Source: Fistulifera solaris (Eukaryota). From it: a stretch of DNA of 64,000 nt. Under the pieces are notes generated by a model. It had not been told where the DNA came from. It did not search any database and saw only the letters and a list, made by a program, of their open reading frames with translations. Of this stretch, positions 11,742-25,754 are shown piece after piece. The translations under genes and the position numbers were made by a program. The stretch's first letter is position 1. Every line of letters begins with the position of its first letter. Location of the stretch: NCBI GenBank assembly GCA_030295235.1, contig AP026135.1:744001-808000 (forward strand). Direction: 5' to 3'.

Positions 11742-11852
11742 GTGCCAGATTGGAATATATGTGACAAAATGAAACGATAAATGGAAAATTCAGTCGAATG
11801 TCAAAATTATATTTTGACTTTAGGAAATTAGGAATAAATATTTTAGTGTTTG
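11742..11852 (+). repeat. Dispersed ~110 bp repeat, copy 2
   Basis: Matches the reverse complement of 1471-1591. Confidence 0.9.
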
Positions 11853-11891
11853 TGTCAATTGTGAAAAACATTATTTAGAAAAAATAGCGAG

Positions 11892-11980
11892 ACCGGGGAA
11901 GGACGTTAAAATTCTGCCTTACAGTACAAGATTCTACGTAGCGTCTACGACGAGGCAGAATTTTAACGCCGTTCCCGGGT
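11892..11980. mobile_element. MITE-like hairpin element, 28-bp terminal inverted repeats around a 33-bp core, copy 1
   Basis: accggggaaggacgttaaaattctgcct ... aggcagaattttaacgccgttcccgggt (3 mismatches); second copy at 63789-63873. Confidence 0.7.
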
Positions 11981-12246
11981 TTACTGTGCGAATGGCAGTC
12001 GTGGAAAACGTACAAACAAAAGGAGGCCCAAGCATTATTATTCACGGAAGTCGGCGAGCATCCCCGGCTACGAAACGAATTTTTCTCTGTTGTTCGTCAA
12101 ATAAATGGTATTCAAGTAGTCGTTCCTTCATCATTCTTCTACAAACGAAACAAACTTATTCTCCTGGAGAAGAGGAGACGTCTGTTTCACGTAAAAGATC
12201 TGTCGGTTGGTACAAGAAACATTTAACCAGTACGCATTTACAAAGC

Positions 12247-15200
12247 ATGACACCAATTACGGTTCACCTTCAAGTCGAAGGAATGATGTGTCAAACGAAT
12301 TGTGGATCGACAGTCCGCAATGCCTTGCTAGGTTGTGAGGGTGCGGTTACTGCGGAAGCTTTTTATAAAGAACGGCGAGCGTTTGTGGTGTTTGCTATCA
12401 ACAAATCGTTACAGGAATGTCAAGATGCGGCGATCGAAATGGTGGATTGTGTGGGTTTCGATGCATCTATCATTGATGATATCGACGAGTATCTTGAACA
12501 AAAACAAGCAGAGAATAGTACAACAGGTCGGGAGGATCACGATGATGGGCAATTGATGTTGACAGACGATCAAGTAGCAGTAGGAGACCACGAAATCGTC
12601 TTTCAAGTAGGAGGAATGAGTTGTGCGGTTTGTACGGGACGAGTCGAACGAGCCTTACAAGAAGCACATTCCGCAGTGAAAGCAGTATCGGTCATTTTAG
12701 CTACCGCCAGGGCTGTGGTGGAGTGGGAAGCATTGGATGAATATGAACAAGATGGTTTGATGATCTTGCAAACAAGAGAAGAGATTGCGTCTGCTTGTGA
12801 AAATGCAATACGAATGGCCGGATATGAATGTCATGTGTTAGAACAGAACTTAAGACGAAATGCGGAGCAACTAGAACACGCTCGAACACAGGAATTACGC
12901 TCTTGGAAAATGCTTTTCACGGTCAGCCTTTCTCTTACGGTGCCCATGTTTGTATTAGACAAAGGATGTATCTCCATTCCGTTCGGTCAACATTGGGTAC
13001 CCTCGAGCAAACTTTGGGCTATTTTCTTCCTTTCTTCTCTTATACAACTCGGTGTAGGGTATCGATTCTATCACGCGGCATGGAAAGGATGGACGAATGG
13101 TCGCGTCATGGGAATGGACTTCTTGGTCGTACTCGGAACAACAGCCAGCTATGTCTACAGTACTGTTTTATTTGCACTGCAGTTATTTACCGGTGAGATG
13201 ACGGAATTGATGCCAAACTTTATGACGGGAGGGATGTTATTGACCTTCGTTACTCTTGGGAAGTATCTTGAATCATATGCAAAGGGAAGACTGCATCGGC
13301 TCTCCTTACGCTGATGGAGTTACAACCTTTGAATGCGAGCCGAGTGACAAACTTTTATGGTGAAGATTCTGGAGCTTACATAAATCTCGCTACTTTGAAA
13401 ATCGAAGACGTCGATGTAGCTGACATTCGTGTCGGTGATTATCTTATGGTTATGCCAGGATCCCGTATTCCTACGGATGGCAAGCTTGTTGCTGCATCAG
13501 GGACAAAGAGAGAGCTCAATGACAAAGGTGGACAAGCCTACGTTGATGAATCGGCTCTCTCTGGCGAGCCTTTTCCAGTTGCGAAAAGAGTTGGTGACCC
13601 CTTATTTTGTTCCACGGTCAACCAATTGTCGCCGTTGCTGATGCGTGTCACTGCTGTCGGCGGTGAAACAACCCTTTCGAAGATTGTAAAACTGATGGAA
13701 AATGCACAGCGGCACAAAGCTCCCATTCAGGCATATGCAGACAAAGTGGCTTGCTTGTTCGCGCCGTGTGTCATGTGTTTGTCCTTCATAACTTTCACTT
13801 TTTGGCTAATTTTTAACAGGGGAGTTTCGTTTGAAGAAAGATTTTTGAGGCAGTCATGTCTGCAATATCCGTGGTTGTCGTCGCTTGTCCATGCGCCTTG
13901 GGACTGGCTACTCCCACGGCCGTCATGGTGGGAACCGGTGTCGGTGCGAACCTAGGTCTACTCATCAAAGGCGGTGTTGTACTTGAAAATATGCATCGCG
14001 TGGACACTGCAATTTTTGATAAGACAGGAACGTTGACCACTGGGCGTGCTGTACTTCGTGAAAGAATAGAGCTTCTGGATGCTCATGATGAGCTCTACGA
14101 AAACAAACCCAATCGTGTTCCTGATGACTGTCTTGCTCTTTGGCTGGCGGCTTGTGCTGAGACTCAAAGTGAGCATCCACTTGGTAAGGCAATAGTGAAT
14201 GCTGCGAAGACTCTATGGGGTGGAGATGTTACATGTTCATCGGAAGGAACTGTTATTAATAGCTTCTCTGTCGTTCCTGGAGCGGGAGTCGAATGCTGCG
14301 TCGTTAAACCTAATTGGGGTGAACGATGGATCAGAGTGGGGTCGCGGAGCTTCTCATGTCCGGGAGAAAGCATCCGTTCTTTCGATGGAGCCATTTCTCG
14401 TATGAGAGAAGCTGGTCAAGCTGTTGTTCACGTCAGCGTCATGGACCGTGATACTTCATTATGGCGGGAAATAGGAATAATTGCCGTTGCGGATTCTATT
14501 AAGGATGGTGCAAAGGCCACGGTAGCTGCGCTGCAAAATATGGAGATAGATGTGTGGATATGTACTGGTGATCATGAGCAGACTGCGCTTGCTGTGGCTA
14601 AAGAACTGGGTATCGCTGCAGCAAATGTTTGCGCGGGCGTCACTCCGGAGGGTAAGGCAGACCTCGTTTCGCGTCTTCAAAAGAGACGAAGGCCTAAAGG
14701 CTCTAGCCCATCACATTCGAAAGAGTGTTTTGAGTCAGTGGTTGCCATGATCGGAGACGGCATAAATGACAGCGTTGCTTTGGCTCGAGCGGACATCGGC
14801 GTAGCTATTGGCGCTGGTACGGAAATCGCCATAGAAGCGGCCGATATTGTTTTGGTGCGATCGTCGCTGGAGGATGTCGTCGTAGCAATCCATCTCTCCC
14901 GAGTTGTATTAAGGCGTATCATTGTTAATTTTGTTTGGGCGATGGGTTATAATTTGGTTGCTCTTCCCTTCGCTGCTGGACTTTTGTACCCTTTTACGGG
15001 TTACCGGCTTCCTCCTGAAATGGCTGGTTTGATGATGGCTCTTAGTTCCGTCAGCGTTGTTACAAGCAGTCTACTACTGAAAAACTACAGCAAGCCAACG
15101 GTTCTGGAGGATGGTACTATCGCAGGTGATAGTGGTTTGTTTACACGGATTGAGTTTATGGCCAATCGACTCTGGAATCGGCGTCCATGGTCCGAGGTAT

Positions 15201-15250
15201 CTCGTTACAAAGATTTACGCGGAATCAGTGAAGACCTAGAGCTTGTGTAA
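12247..15250 (+). CDS. Copper-transporting P1B-1 ATPase with two HMA domains; indels at ~13290 and ~13845
   Basis: GMMCQTNC and GMSCAVC HMA motifs, [41 protein letters not shown]. Confidence 0.95.
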
Positions 15251-15272
15251 GAAACTTATTATAAATCAAATT

Positions 15273-18200
15273 TTATGTTAGTGACCGTTCAACGAATTGT
15301 CTTGCTGCCTCCTTAACTCTCTCCTGTGTTACTGCTGTGCCGTGCTGCTCTTCAAATGCATACCATTTCTTGAAAAAGCTCTTCATCTTTTTGTCGGAGA
15401 GCTTCAACGATACAGTCTCGTCTGCAGGGTTGCACGCCCTCTCAAACAAGGAACGCGCAACAACAATGTCTCCGTATTTGATCTCTTTGTCCGTGTAGAC
15501 GAAAAATATGTCCAATCGTTTAGGTGCTTTGCGTAACAAACCGTCAAATAGAGTTCTACCCCTCTCCACGTTACCGTACTCAAACACCAGCTGGGCAAAT
15601 TTGAACAGCGTTTCAACATGCTTATATGGAGGAAGAGAAAGGACACATTTCTTGGACACGGCTAGGGCGTCTTCCTCTCTTTTTGTCTTCAGCAGGTACT
15701 CCATATGTGCAAGCCATACCTTCTTCTTAGTTCGAAACTTCTTGCACATTTTGAGAAAAAGGTCATCCAACCGTTGCACTGCTGTAGCACTAGAGGAACC
15801 GCTACTCTTGTCCAGAATCTCGGCGAATCTTAAATGCACGTGCTTTGGGTTATTATGTTGACATGCTCTTTCAAATGTTTCATTGATGCTGCTTTCTGTT
15901 CCAAACTTCAACTCCAAAGTCAAAAGGGCGCACCAAACATTCATCTTTTCGCTTTCCTCGCGAAACTCAATCTTATCAAAAGCCCGATTTGCCACCTCTC
16001 GAGCCGCAGAAACATCAGCTAAAGAGAGGTGAAACGCCATAAACCTAATCCATAACTCAGATGAATTAGGGTCGTTGGCGATAAGACGCTCAAAATCAGC
16101 CTCCGTCTCGGGATTGTCGTCAGCCGTGCCGTCTGCTAGCGCACTTTCTCGTTTGGCAATCTCGCGCTCTTCTTTCCGCCGCTGTGCTTGCTTTCGACGG
16201 GACTTGTGAGACGTCCGAGGCTTATCACCCTCTTCATCGGAATCGCTTGAATGCTCATCTGAGCTATCATCCAAATCTGTAGTTTGTTTATCGTCTCGAT
16301 TACCCCAATCAAAGCCGACGTCGGTATCCATCAAATGATTGGATGTTATTTTTGTCTTAAACGCGATCTCTGTGTCGTCGTCAGATGACGACGAACTCGA
16401 GTTCGAGGAATCGTCTACATTCTCTGAGGAGCATTCCGAATCCGAATGAAGCTCAACTTCCATCGCGTCTTCATCCCCTGAATTCTGATCGTCATCTGAT
16501 AGCATCTCAATGGCATGTTCTACCGAGGAGGCAGTTGTGCTGTTATCGTCATTGATAAAGTGGCTCGCCTTCAAGCTGAAGCCAAGCTTTTTAGACAGTT
16601 CGTCCTTCTTCACAACCAGCAGCTTTACCTTGTCGCCCGGATCGTAAAGGTTTGAAAGGCTTCGAATGAATTTATCACTGCACTCACTTTTATGTGCCAA
16701 TCCTGAGACATCACTCGAGTCGATGCGAACAAAAACACCATAGTCTTCCAAGCGAGTGACTGTTCCGGTGTACTTTTGGCCTAGCTCTATGTCTTCAAAC
16801 TTTAGCTTGTCATCGTTTTCAAGAAGAACGGATTCGCGAAGATCCAGATCTACAATCCGCTTCTTTACTCCATTTTTTCCACCTCTACAATTGATTTGAT
16901 TTTTCCAACAACAAGTCGCCCCATCGGAAAAGCGACATCTGGGTTAGGAAGAAATCCATCACAAAGCTCCTTCAAGATGACTCTGCCGTCGAGCTTACGA
17001 CTAAGACGAACAAAGCAACCCTTCTTTGTTGTTGATACAACAAACGCCTGGACGTGTTCCCCTTCCCCGGGAATTTCATCTTCATCCAAGTCCCCATCAA
17101 GCCGACTTTGCCTCAAACTAACATCAACGAGAGATTTTGAAGGGACACTCTCGAGCACCCTACATTGCACGAAAGCAGCATGCGGGTATCCACCCCAAGA
17201 CGTATCTTGCTCGTTCCTAGTTTATCGGTTAATGAGAGAAAAAGTGAGAAGATGTTGGCAGTCTGTCATTGCGACCCATCGTGAGCAGAACCCAACAGGC
17301 CTCTCCACACCGCTTGCCGAAAATATTGCATCTCAAATTGCCAATGGCAAAGTGTTCACAGTCGTTCCGTTACAGTCGCACAACCGTTCCATAGATGCAT
17401 TCTGATGTACTAGCAAATAACATACCTAATCGTCTCCTTCCGAATCTCGTGCTTCTCGCTCTTTTCATGGACCACTTCTCCTGCTTTAGGATTGCTCGAC
17501 TGACTCGAACCATGAGCTACTCGTCCACTTTGACCCAACGGCATATTCTCCCAGTCGTCCGGTTCATCTAATTCAGTTATACAACAACGTCCCACAAAGC
17601 CGCCTCGTAAGTCGAGCATTAAAGAGGGAGGACCGACAGGAGAAAGAAAACGATTGACACGGGCGATAAGAATACCCCCTTTTTCTGGCGTTTTATCGCA
17701 TGGAGATTGAACTGGGTCTAACAAAGACACAATCAGTGGATCTCTGTCCTTGGACTCGTCATTGTTACGATGGTGATGATTGTTCTTTGATCTTCTCTCG
17801 GACCACACTTTGCTGTTTAGTATCGTGCCATGAAGGCGACTGCCAACGGGGAAGGACTTTTCCAAAGCGTTCAAAATCTTTACGTCCAGTGATGCTTCTA
17901 GTGCAGGAATATGGCAAAGAATCCCAGGGCTCACCGAAATCCATAAGCCACTTCCGGGCTTCACTGAGTATATGATACCAGAAACTTTTTTCCCCTCGGA
18001 AAGTTCATCTTCGTTCCTGATCAAAGTCAATTCGTCGTCATTTGTCAGTTCGACTAGGGTCTTTCCTCCTTTACTTTCAACTTTAACGACCTTCAAATTG
18101 GAAATTTGTTGCCCAACAACCCATCCATGAAAAGGATGACACACTGAAATTTCTTGCTTCGTATTCAACACGGAAGAGCGTTTATCGCTAACGCCCAATG

Positions 18201-21200
18201 GTTTACTGCGAGCCATCGTGCAATGGATTCGTGCGCTTATCTTTTCCTTGGGTCCGAACTTGTCGGCATCCAGTTCAACAGATACTTGATGAAATGCTAG
18301 ATATGTGACTGTTGCCGTGTCAATGACGTCGCCAACTTGGAAATGAAAAGAGTTTTCTTTTTGGCTCATGGCCTCGGTGCACGCTTTGACGAGCAATTTG
18401 GGAGGACTAAACTTTTTATCGACTGCGACAACCTCCGTTATCAAGGAAGAATATTTTCGCAGAAGGAGACCGCCCTTCTGTTTGGGCACGAGACCTGTCA
18501 AGCCGTCGAGGTACCTGATAAAGGCACCATGTCGCTTATCGATGTTTGAAACGTATCCGACAAGCCGGGCTCCTTTGTATAAATGCGTGTTAGGATCGGG
18601 AACAATCACTCTGCTGTCTTGATTAGTCGATTCAATCTGATTTAAAAGGGTTTCAGTAAGTCGAGGACGGATCGATACCATAGCAAAGCTACCTGTGCCG
18701 CTTGAATACTCCGTCGTCGACTTCTTCGGGTCTAACAACACAAACCCTTTTCGATTCACCTTCTTTCCGACAGTCAGCATACTTTCAGCGAACCGGTCTA
18801 AAGCATCAGCTGACTCAATGTCAACCTCATCGTATTCATCAAGAAGTTGATCAAAAGGGAGCTTGCAATCAATGGTCGAAAGAGTGTCGTCCTCGTCACT
18901 TTTTATCAGATACTTGGTTTTGACGTTGACAATAGCATAGCCTGGAACATATGTGTCGCCTTTTGATTTACCGGGAACCAACTCAACAATTCGCATTGAT
19001 TTTAAAGGCAGAACTGCGCCAGGGCTGAACTTGACAACTGCCTCAGTGTCTGCATGATCGTCAACTTGACTAGGAGCGCTACCTTCAATGTTTAGACCTA
19101 AAGTCAGTTCGCAAAATGATTCCCCACCATTCAACTTGCCATTACTTTGCGCCCTGTCGTTCGACTTCCTCTTGCTCTTTCTTTTAACATTAGTGACCCG
19201 GCACTCAAGAACATCCCCGACAGAGTAATCTTGTTTGTGGTTATCAACTCCGGCATCCAAAGAAAGGCTGCGTGCTGTAAGACGACCATGAACCCCGTCG
19301 AAAAAAAGTCACCATGAGTCCTTGCTCATCTACCTTGGAAACAAAACCCGTCCCAACGTCCCCAATTTTCGCTTCATTGAAGGATTTGATAATTTTGTCC
19401 GTCTTGACCATACTTTTCTTTGCAGTAAGAACACATCTTTTGGCTCGCGGATCCACGGTTAAGACACGCAGGTCAACTTTGGTGCCAGGCGAGAACTTGA
19501 CTTTGCGTAACTGCGTGCGATATTCACTCGAAACAATCTTGTCGAAAAGCTGAACGTCTGGAACCACCCCTTTCACCCCCATTCCGAGATCTACCAATAC
19601 ACCCCCTTTATCCAGTAATGCGGTTACAGGGAGTTGCTTGTACACAGCCGCCGGCTTTATGTCAGCATATGATATCACCTGAGCATCTACTATACTTGGC
19701 GCTGCCCCTCCGGAAGCGATTCCATCAATCCAGTTGGAAGCACTGACAATCCTTACGTCATGCTTCGTACTGGGCGCGAATTCTTTCCCAAATTCAGATT
19801 CAGACAACTTTTGGTTATCTTTATCCATGGCTTTAGAAATGTGAACATAAACAGCCATGTTCTGGCAAGCTTTACGGTAATTTTCATCCGATGAGAGGGG
19901 TTTGAAGACAGGTGACCTGACTTCCGTTGCGGCCTCCTTGTCTATTTCATAAGCAAGCAAAGCCCCGACACCACGGTCCAAGCGCACCACAGTAGCATTT
20001 TGAATGATGGTGCCTACCTCCTGAGTGGTCCCAGCAACTTCCATTTCGAGTATGTGAGACTGAAGAGAAAGACGAATGATTTTGGACGAAACATCGACAG
20101 CAATGATGCGGGCCGGAATCGAGCGATGATCCTTAAAGAACTGTTTCCACTCCTCCGACTCTTGGCGCTGCGTAGGTATCCAAAACCCACCGAGGTGTTG
20201 TACTTCAATGGCGCCACGAAACATGTTCCCACAAAACGTTACACACAAGCCATTTCGAGCAATACGTTCAACTCTAGCTTGGACTAGCATACCGGGCTGC
20301 AGCTGAGCCAAACTAGGAGTCGTTTCCGATGGGATAGTATGCTTAATGAGATCTTGACGAGATGGAAGCGAGAGAGAAATGATGGACGGATCAGCTGAGG
20401 AACCTGCTTTTACCAAGCAGTCCAAGACGCGACCAACAACCAAGACCAACCGTTTTTTCGTCATGACCTCGTCTGTCAACATCATGTCTTCATCGACAAC
20501 GTACTCCTCGCCAATGTCGGAAAACTTCAAAAACCTTTCTTCCCGTTGCCAATGTTCATTAGAACTCCATGGTCTTCAATCGACATTATTTGGCAGCGAA
20601 TGGGTGCTCCAGAAAACATCGATAGATCTCGGAGCGGCGTACTGAGCGCATCCGCTGCACTAATGACCTTGTTCACAACATTCGGCAAACAGGATACTTG
20701 AATACGACGACGATGACCCCCGCCTTTGACCGGCTCTTGAACTGCTTTTAAAATTACAACAGACAGAAATTGTCCAACCTGCAGCATAGAATCACAAGGA
20801 GGTTCTTCATCCGATGAACGGAGCATGTAACCCGTCCACAGGTTCGGTAAGCTGAAAACAGCTAAATCCGCATGCACTTCGCGCACACAACCAAGTACTC
20901 GAAAGCCCTTTGACAGCTTGGCAAAGCCTAAACCTTCAATTAAGGGATCACCGCCTCCACTTTTGTCTTTAGGGAGAACGACAGCTCCACCTCCTAAGGG
21001 CAATAGCGATTGGTGCGAAGCGGGCGTACCTTTCTCCTCCGCAGGCGACTGTTTGCGCTTTTTCCTCGACGTTTGTTTGTCTTCTGCTCGCTTCCCGAAC
21101 AGAATATCATCGGAACGACGTATCTTGTGGTCTCCTTCGGACTTGGAGCGCTTCCGACGAACATGGTTGGGTTCCTTGTCTTGCGGCTCCGCCGTCTTCA

Positions 21201-21231
21201 CACGTCCTCTCGGAAAGCTACCTTCTTCCAT
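15273..21231 (-). CDS. RRP5: rRNA biogenesis protein RRP5 (multiple S1 domains, C-terminal HAT/TPR); several indels, probable intron ~17217-17425
   Basis: N-terminal EGSFPRG, S1 repeats, ADFERLIANDPNSSELWIRFMAFHL, ERGRTLFDGLL..PKRLDI, KMKSFFKKW. Confidence 0.93.
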
Positions 21232-21559
21232 GGTGCGTAACAAGCCTTGCCTCAGTGTATAAACCGAATAGAGCAATACTTGGACGAATATCCTTGTACC
21301 TTGTTGACAAAAACGTATGATCAGAAACGTTTTGTTCTTCGATTTTATTTTTGGTGGTGGATTCGAGAGGCTCAGAACCTATTGGCAGGCTTATTCACGA
21401 ACTACAAAGTATAGAGTCACGGATTGGCGAATACAATTACTCCGGAGTACGAAGTAAGCAAGTACGGAAGACGACGGTGCTCCAAAAATTCATTGGAAAT
21501 TCCAATTAATTGCGAAATGGGGCCAAAAAACTTATTATAAGCCTACTAACTAGGCATTC

Positions 21560-21850
21560 AGAACGATCGGTGATTCGATGGAAGTCTGGCTCAAAAGAAC
21601 TTGACTCATGACTGAAATGCAGTCGTGGTTAATTTGATCAAACACCTTGGAGTTTTAGTATTTTTGGAAGACGATGATCCGCAGAGCTTTTCGATGTGAT
21701 TTATCGAAGGATGCATTGAAAATGCCAGTAAAGGTCTTTCAACGGTGATAAAGATAAATAAAGCTTATCAAGCAAGCAGAACGACCGGTGGTTTGGTGGA
21801 AGTCTGTCTCGTAGAAAATCTTGATTCGTGGCTGAAATGCAGTCGTGAAA
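21560..21850. repeat. Two ~70-bp direct repeats 220 bp apart, each ending in the hairpin TCAYGRCTG-AAATG-CAGTCGTG
   Basis: acgatcggtgattcgatggaagtctggctc..ttgactcatgactgaaatgcagtcgtg vs acgaccggtggtttggtggaagtctgtctc..ttgattcgtggctgaaatgcagtcgtg. Confidence 0.85.
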
Positions 21851-22139
21851 TTAAATTGCTCGTTTTTTAGTTGATTATCAAAGTTCTCATTCAACACAAG
21901 AAAGATCGAGAAAATATGGACAAAAATTACAACAATTTAAAGGACACGATGACATTGATTTTTGATGACACCGCGATTTTATCAGCGCTCAAGCAGCGTC
22001 ACCATATCGACTGAATGGATCGAAGTCGAGGCAACGTCAAGCCCCGGAAATTACAGAAATAATGAGGTCGATTTTCCTCTTGATGAGATCAAACGCTTTC
22101 CCATTGATGACCCTTTGTCGGCGATAGCGAAGCACAGTG

Positions 22140-22830
<691 letters not shown>

Positions 22831-23399
22831 ACATACACTGGACAAACCGCACCCATGTGCGTGCAACTGACTCAAGACTACTCCATTTCCTTGACCCAAA
22901 AATGGGAGAATCAGTATGGCTGGATTGAATGAAGGCAATATTAGGTAAGAAGCTGAAGCTATTCATGCCGTTTTCTATGGAAAGAGTATCAAAAGAACAA
23001 AAGAACGACGCGTCTATAATTCAATTCATTGTTAGAGACCTGAAACGAGACCTAGTTAGGAGTTAGGGTTGTTTGCTCAAAACCGAGTGCTAGATGCGAG
23101 ATGCGGACAACACTCATGACTCAATCCTCACCACCTAATAAGTCCAGTCGCACTCGGTGTTTTAAAACCGGTAAGCCTTGATGAGTACCAGTTAAAGGTT
23201 TACCGATGCCAGACTACTTATCTATCCATATTTCGACCCGCCCTCCTTTTTTGCTATGGGGCGAAATGTAGAATCCTTCCTGGCTGTCAACTTACATTCT
23301 GTGTTTGCAGCGCCAAATTCCAACATCACACACACAGATCTCGCCAAAAGTAACATGGTTGCATATTCCTTTAACAAGGATTATATATAATTGAATGAC

Positions 23400-25420
23400 A
23401 TGAAAAGATTCGACCTCTTCCTTTATTTCCTACTATGGCACAGAACAACGGGTTTTTTGTCGTGCAGCATCCGCCGCCCTAGCTTTTTCGGATCGCTCAG
23501 CGTGGTGAAAGAACCCAGCAGCGCCACCGAGATTGAAGAAGACCTTTCGGATACGGATTCTCGTGTTTTGGAATCCATGTTGCAAGACTCAAAGCTTGAC
23601 TTAGAAACAGAAGCAGATATCCGAAAATTGTTGGAACGGGGTACAGTAAAAAAGGTTTCGGCGCCACAGAAAGAGGAAGAAGCGACCGAGTCGGATTACA
23701 CGTCGACCATTCTAAAAACATTGGGAGACACCAAGTTGTGGAAAAAGCTGTCGACACAAGCATCCGATGTGTTCGAATCTGTAAGCATATGGATTGGGAA
23801 TAAAGTGGAGCAAGATGTGAAGACACTTGCAGCACTGGGGTTTTTCGCGTGGGAGAGAGCCGTCCGTGATGTTGGTAGGGCTTTACCGCAAGCTGGTGAA
23901 CTCTCCAAGAAAACTGTGTTCCTGCTTACCAATTCTAGTAGTGCGGGTGACGATACTGCTACTCAGAGAGGGATTAAAGACCGAATGCTGCGCCCGCAAG
24001 ATGAGATCCAAAGTGTATCACGTGAAATCCGTGGAATTCTTTCCGGCCAACAGAGAAGTAGTAGCGGGCGCAATCTACGAACAATCGCTCCAGCTGGATC
24101 CAGTAATAACGCTGAGAGATTGCGGCGAGCGTATCAGCAAAGTAGAAGAGCAGATAGAGACGCCAAAGACTTGACAAGAGTTCCTGGAAAGGTTGTAGAC
24201 GGTGCTTGGGAGTTACGTCGAGAATTAACGGCTGAAACCAATGAACCTGGTTACAAATCGAAGCCTATCCGGAACGCTATTGCAGCTGGAGTTGCGAATA
24301 CCGGAAATTTATTGCAGTCGGTCAGAGAGCAAGCGAGACTCGCCGCCTCGAAGAGAAAGGAAGAGCGGCTTTTGAGTCTAGAGGGTGAAATAGGCATCCC
24401 TTCCGCCGCATCGCGGATCGAAGACAGAGTACGAGCATCGTCCCCAGAAACCAAATATACCAGAAACCAGGATATTATTGACCCATACGTCGCCGCAAGA
24501 AGGGAATTCGAAAAAGCTTCGCAACAAGCAGAAGCGAAAAAGCCGAGAGATAATATTGATGTTTTGGAAGTTTTAAGAGGAGAGCGAAAACGCATACTGA
24601 AACAGCTTGCATCGTGTATCGACACACCTTCAAAGACATGGCTTGTTGGATTTGCGGGCTATGACGATGAAATGAAAGACACTTTGATTAACGTTGTCAC
24701 TAAAATGGTGGTATTGAGAAATGACGTTGAGGAACGTGAAGAATTTGATGATGAACAGTCCGCTGAGCTAGTCTTAAGCCACTTACGCGAAATCAAGGAA
24801 TCAATTGACGAAATCCTGCAAGCCGCGGAGTCATCACTTTCTCCGTCGATTATACAAGCACTGGAATCTGAACTTTACCATTCCGGCACTGCCGATGGCG
24901 AGCTCTCTCTTATTCTACAGTTAAATGAAATTGAGAGTCCCGAAGAACTATGCAGTCTACTACAGAGGCAAAGAGGGTTTATTTTTGAGCCGCGGGCCGT
25001 TCATATGACCCCGCCCATCATAGATGTTATCACAGAAACACCGAGCACACCACTCTATCAAACAACCGAATTTAATGACGAAAGCCTTACCGAACAATAC
25101 GATTCATTCGTGATGCCAATTGCGGAAGTTGAGGTGGTTGTGGATGATGATATTTTGACGCGGCGGATCGAGCCAAGAAGACAGTCGAAGTGACGGATTC
25201 CGAAGAAAATCAGGAGGAAAGTGAAGTGGTGAAACTCGCCTTACGATCTTTGGATGTTATTTTCTTTGTTGTGGAAAAAGCTTTGTTTGCCGCCATCCCT
25301 CATGCTATAACTCTCTCAACGACTGCCTTCCGAAGAGCCAAGGCTGTTAACGAGTTGGGAAGAGGGAGCCGCGGATGGGAACAATTTAGTAAACTCGGTA
25401 ACACGAGAGCAAAGTATTAG
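23400..25420 (+). CDS. Uncharacterized helical protein with probable plastid presequence; indel at ~25155
   Basis: 600-aa ORF plus a 76-aa continuation; MKRFDLFLYFLLWHRTTG-F signal followed by a Ser/Arg-rich segment. Confidence 0.6.
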
Positions 25421-25754
25421 ACTATAACCGCTATAAATATTGTTTTACTATGAAAGCGTAAGTTTCTTCTGACAATAATGCATCAGAACGGTACGTGCCA
25501 CACCTCTCCCTCCCTGTAAAATAATTAGCTTATTCACCGAAAAAACGAAAACCCAGTACTTTTAAAATACCTGATATACAGAATACGTCGTGATGTGATG
25601 TGGTGATGCGTGATTCATGACTCAGCACACCTTCGCGTCAACGAAATTGCTTGTTGCAACTGATTTATTGCTTGTTTTCATAACAATAGCAGCACGAATA
25701 ATCACTGCACAATTTTTTGAAGATTCTATACACAAACAATAGTGAGAGTTGACG

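Noticed and set aside
23054..23072. Telomere-like ttaggagttagggtt
   Set aside because: Only one exact TTAGGG; consistent with chance.
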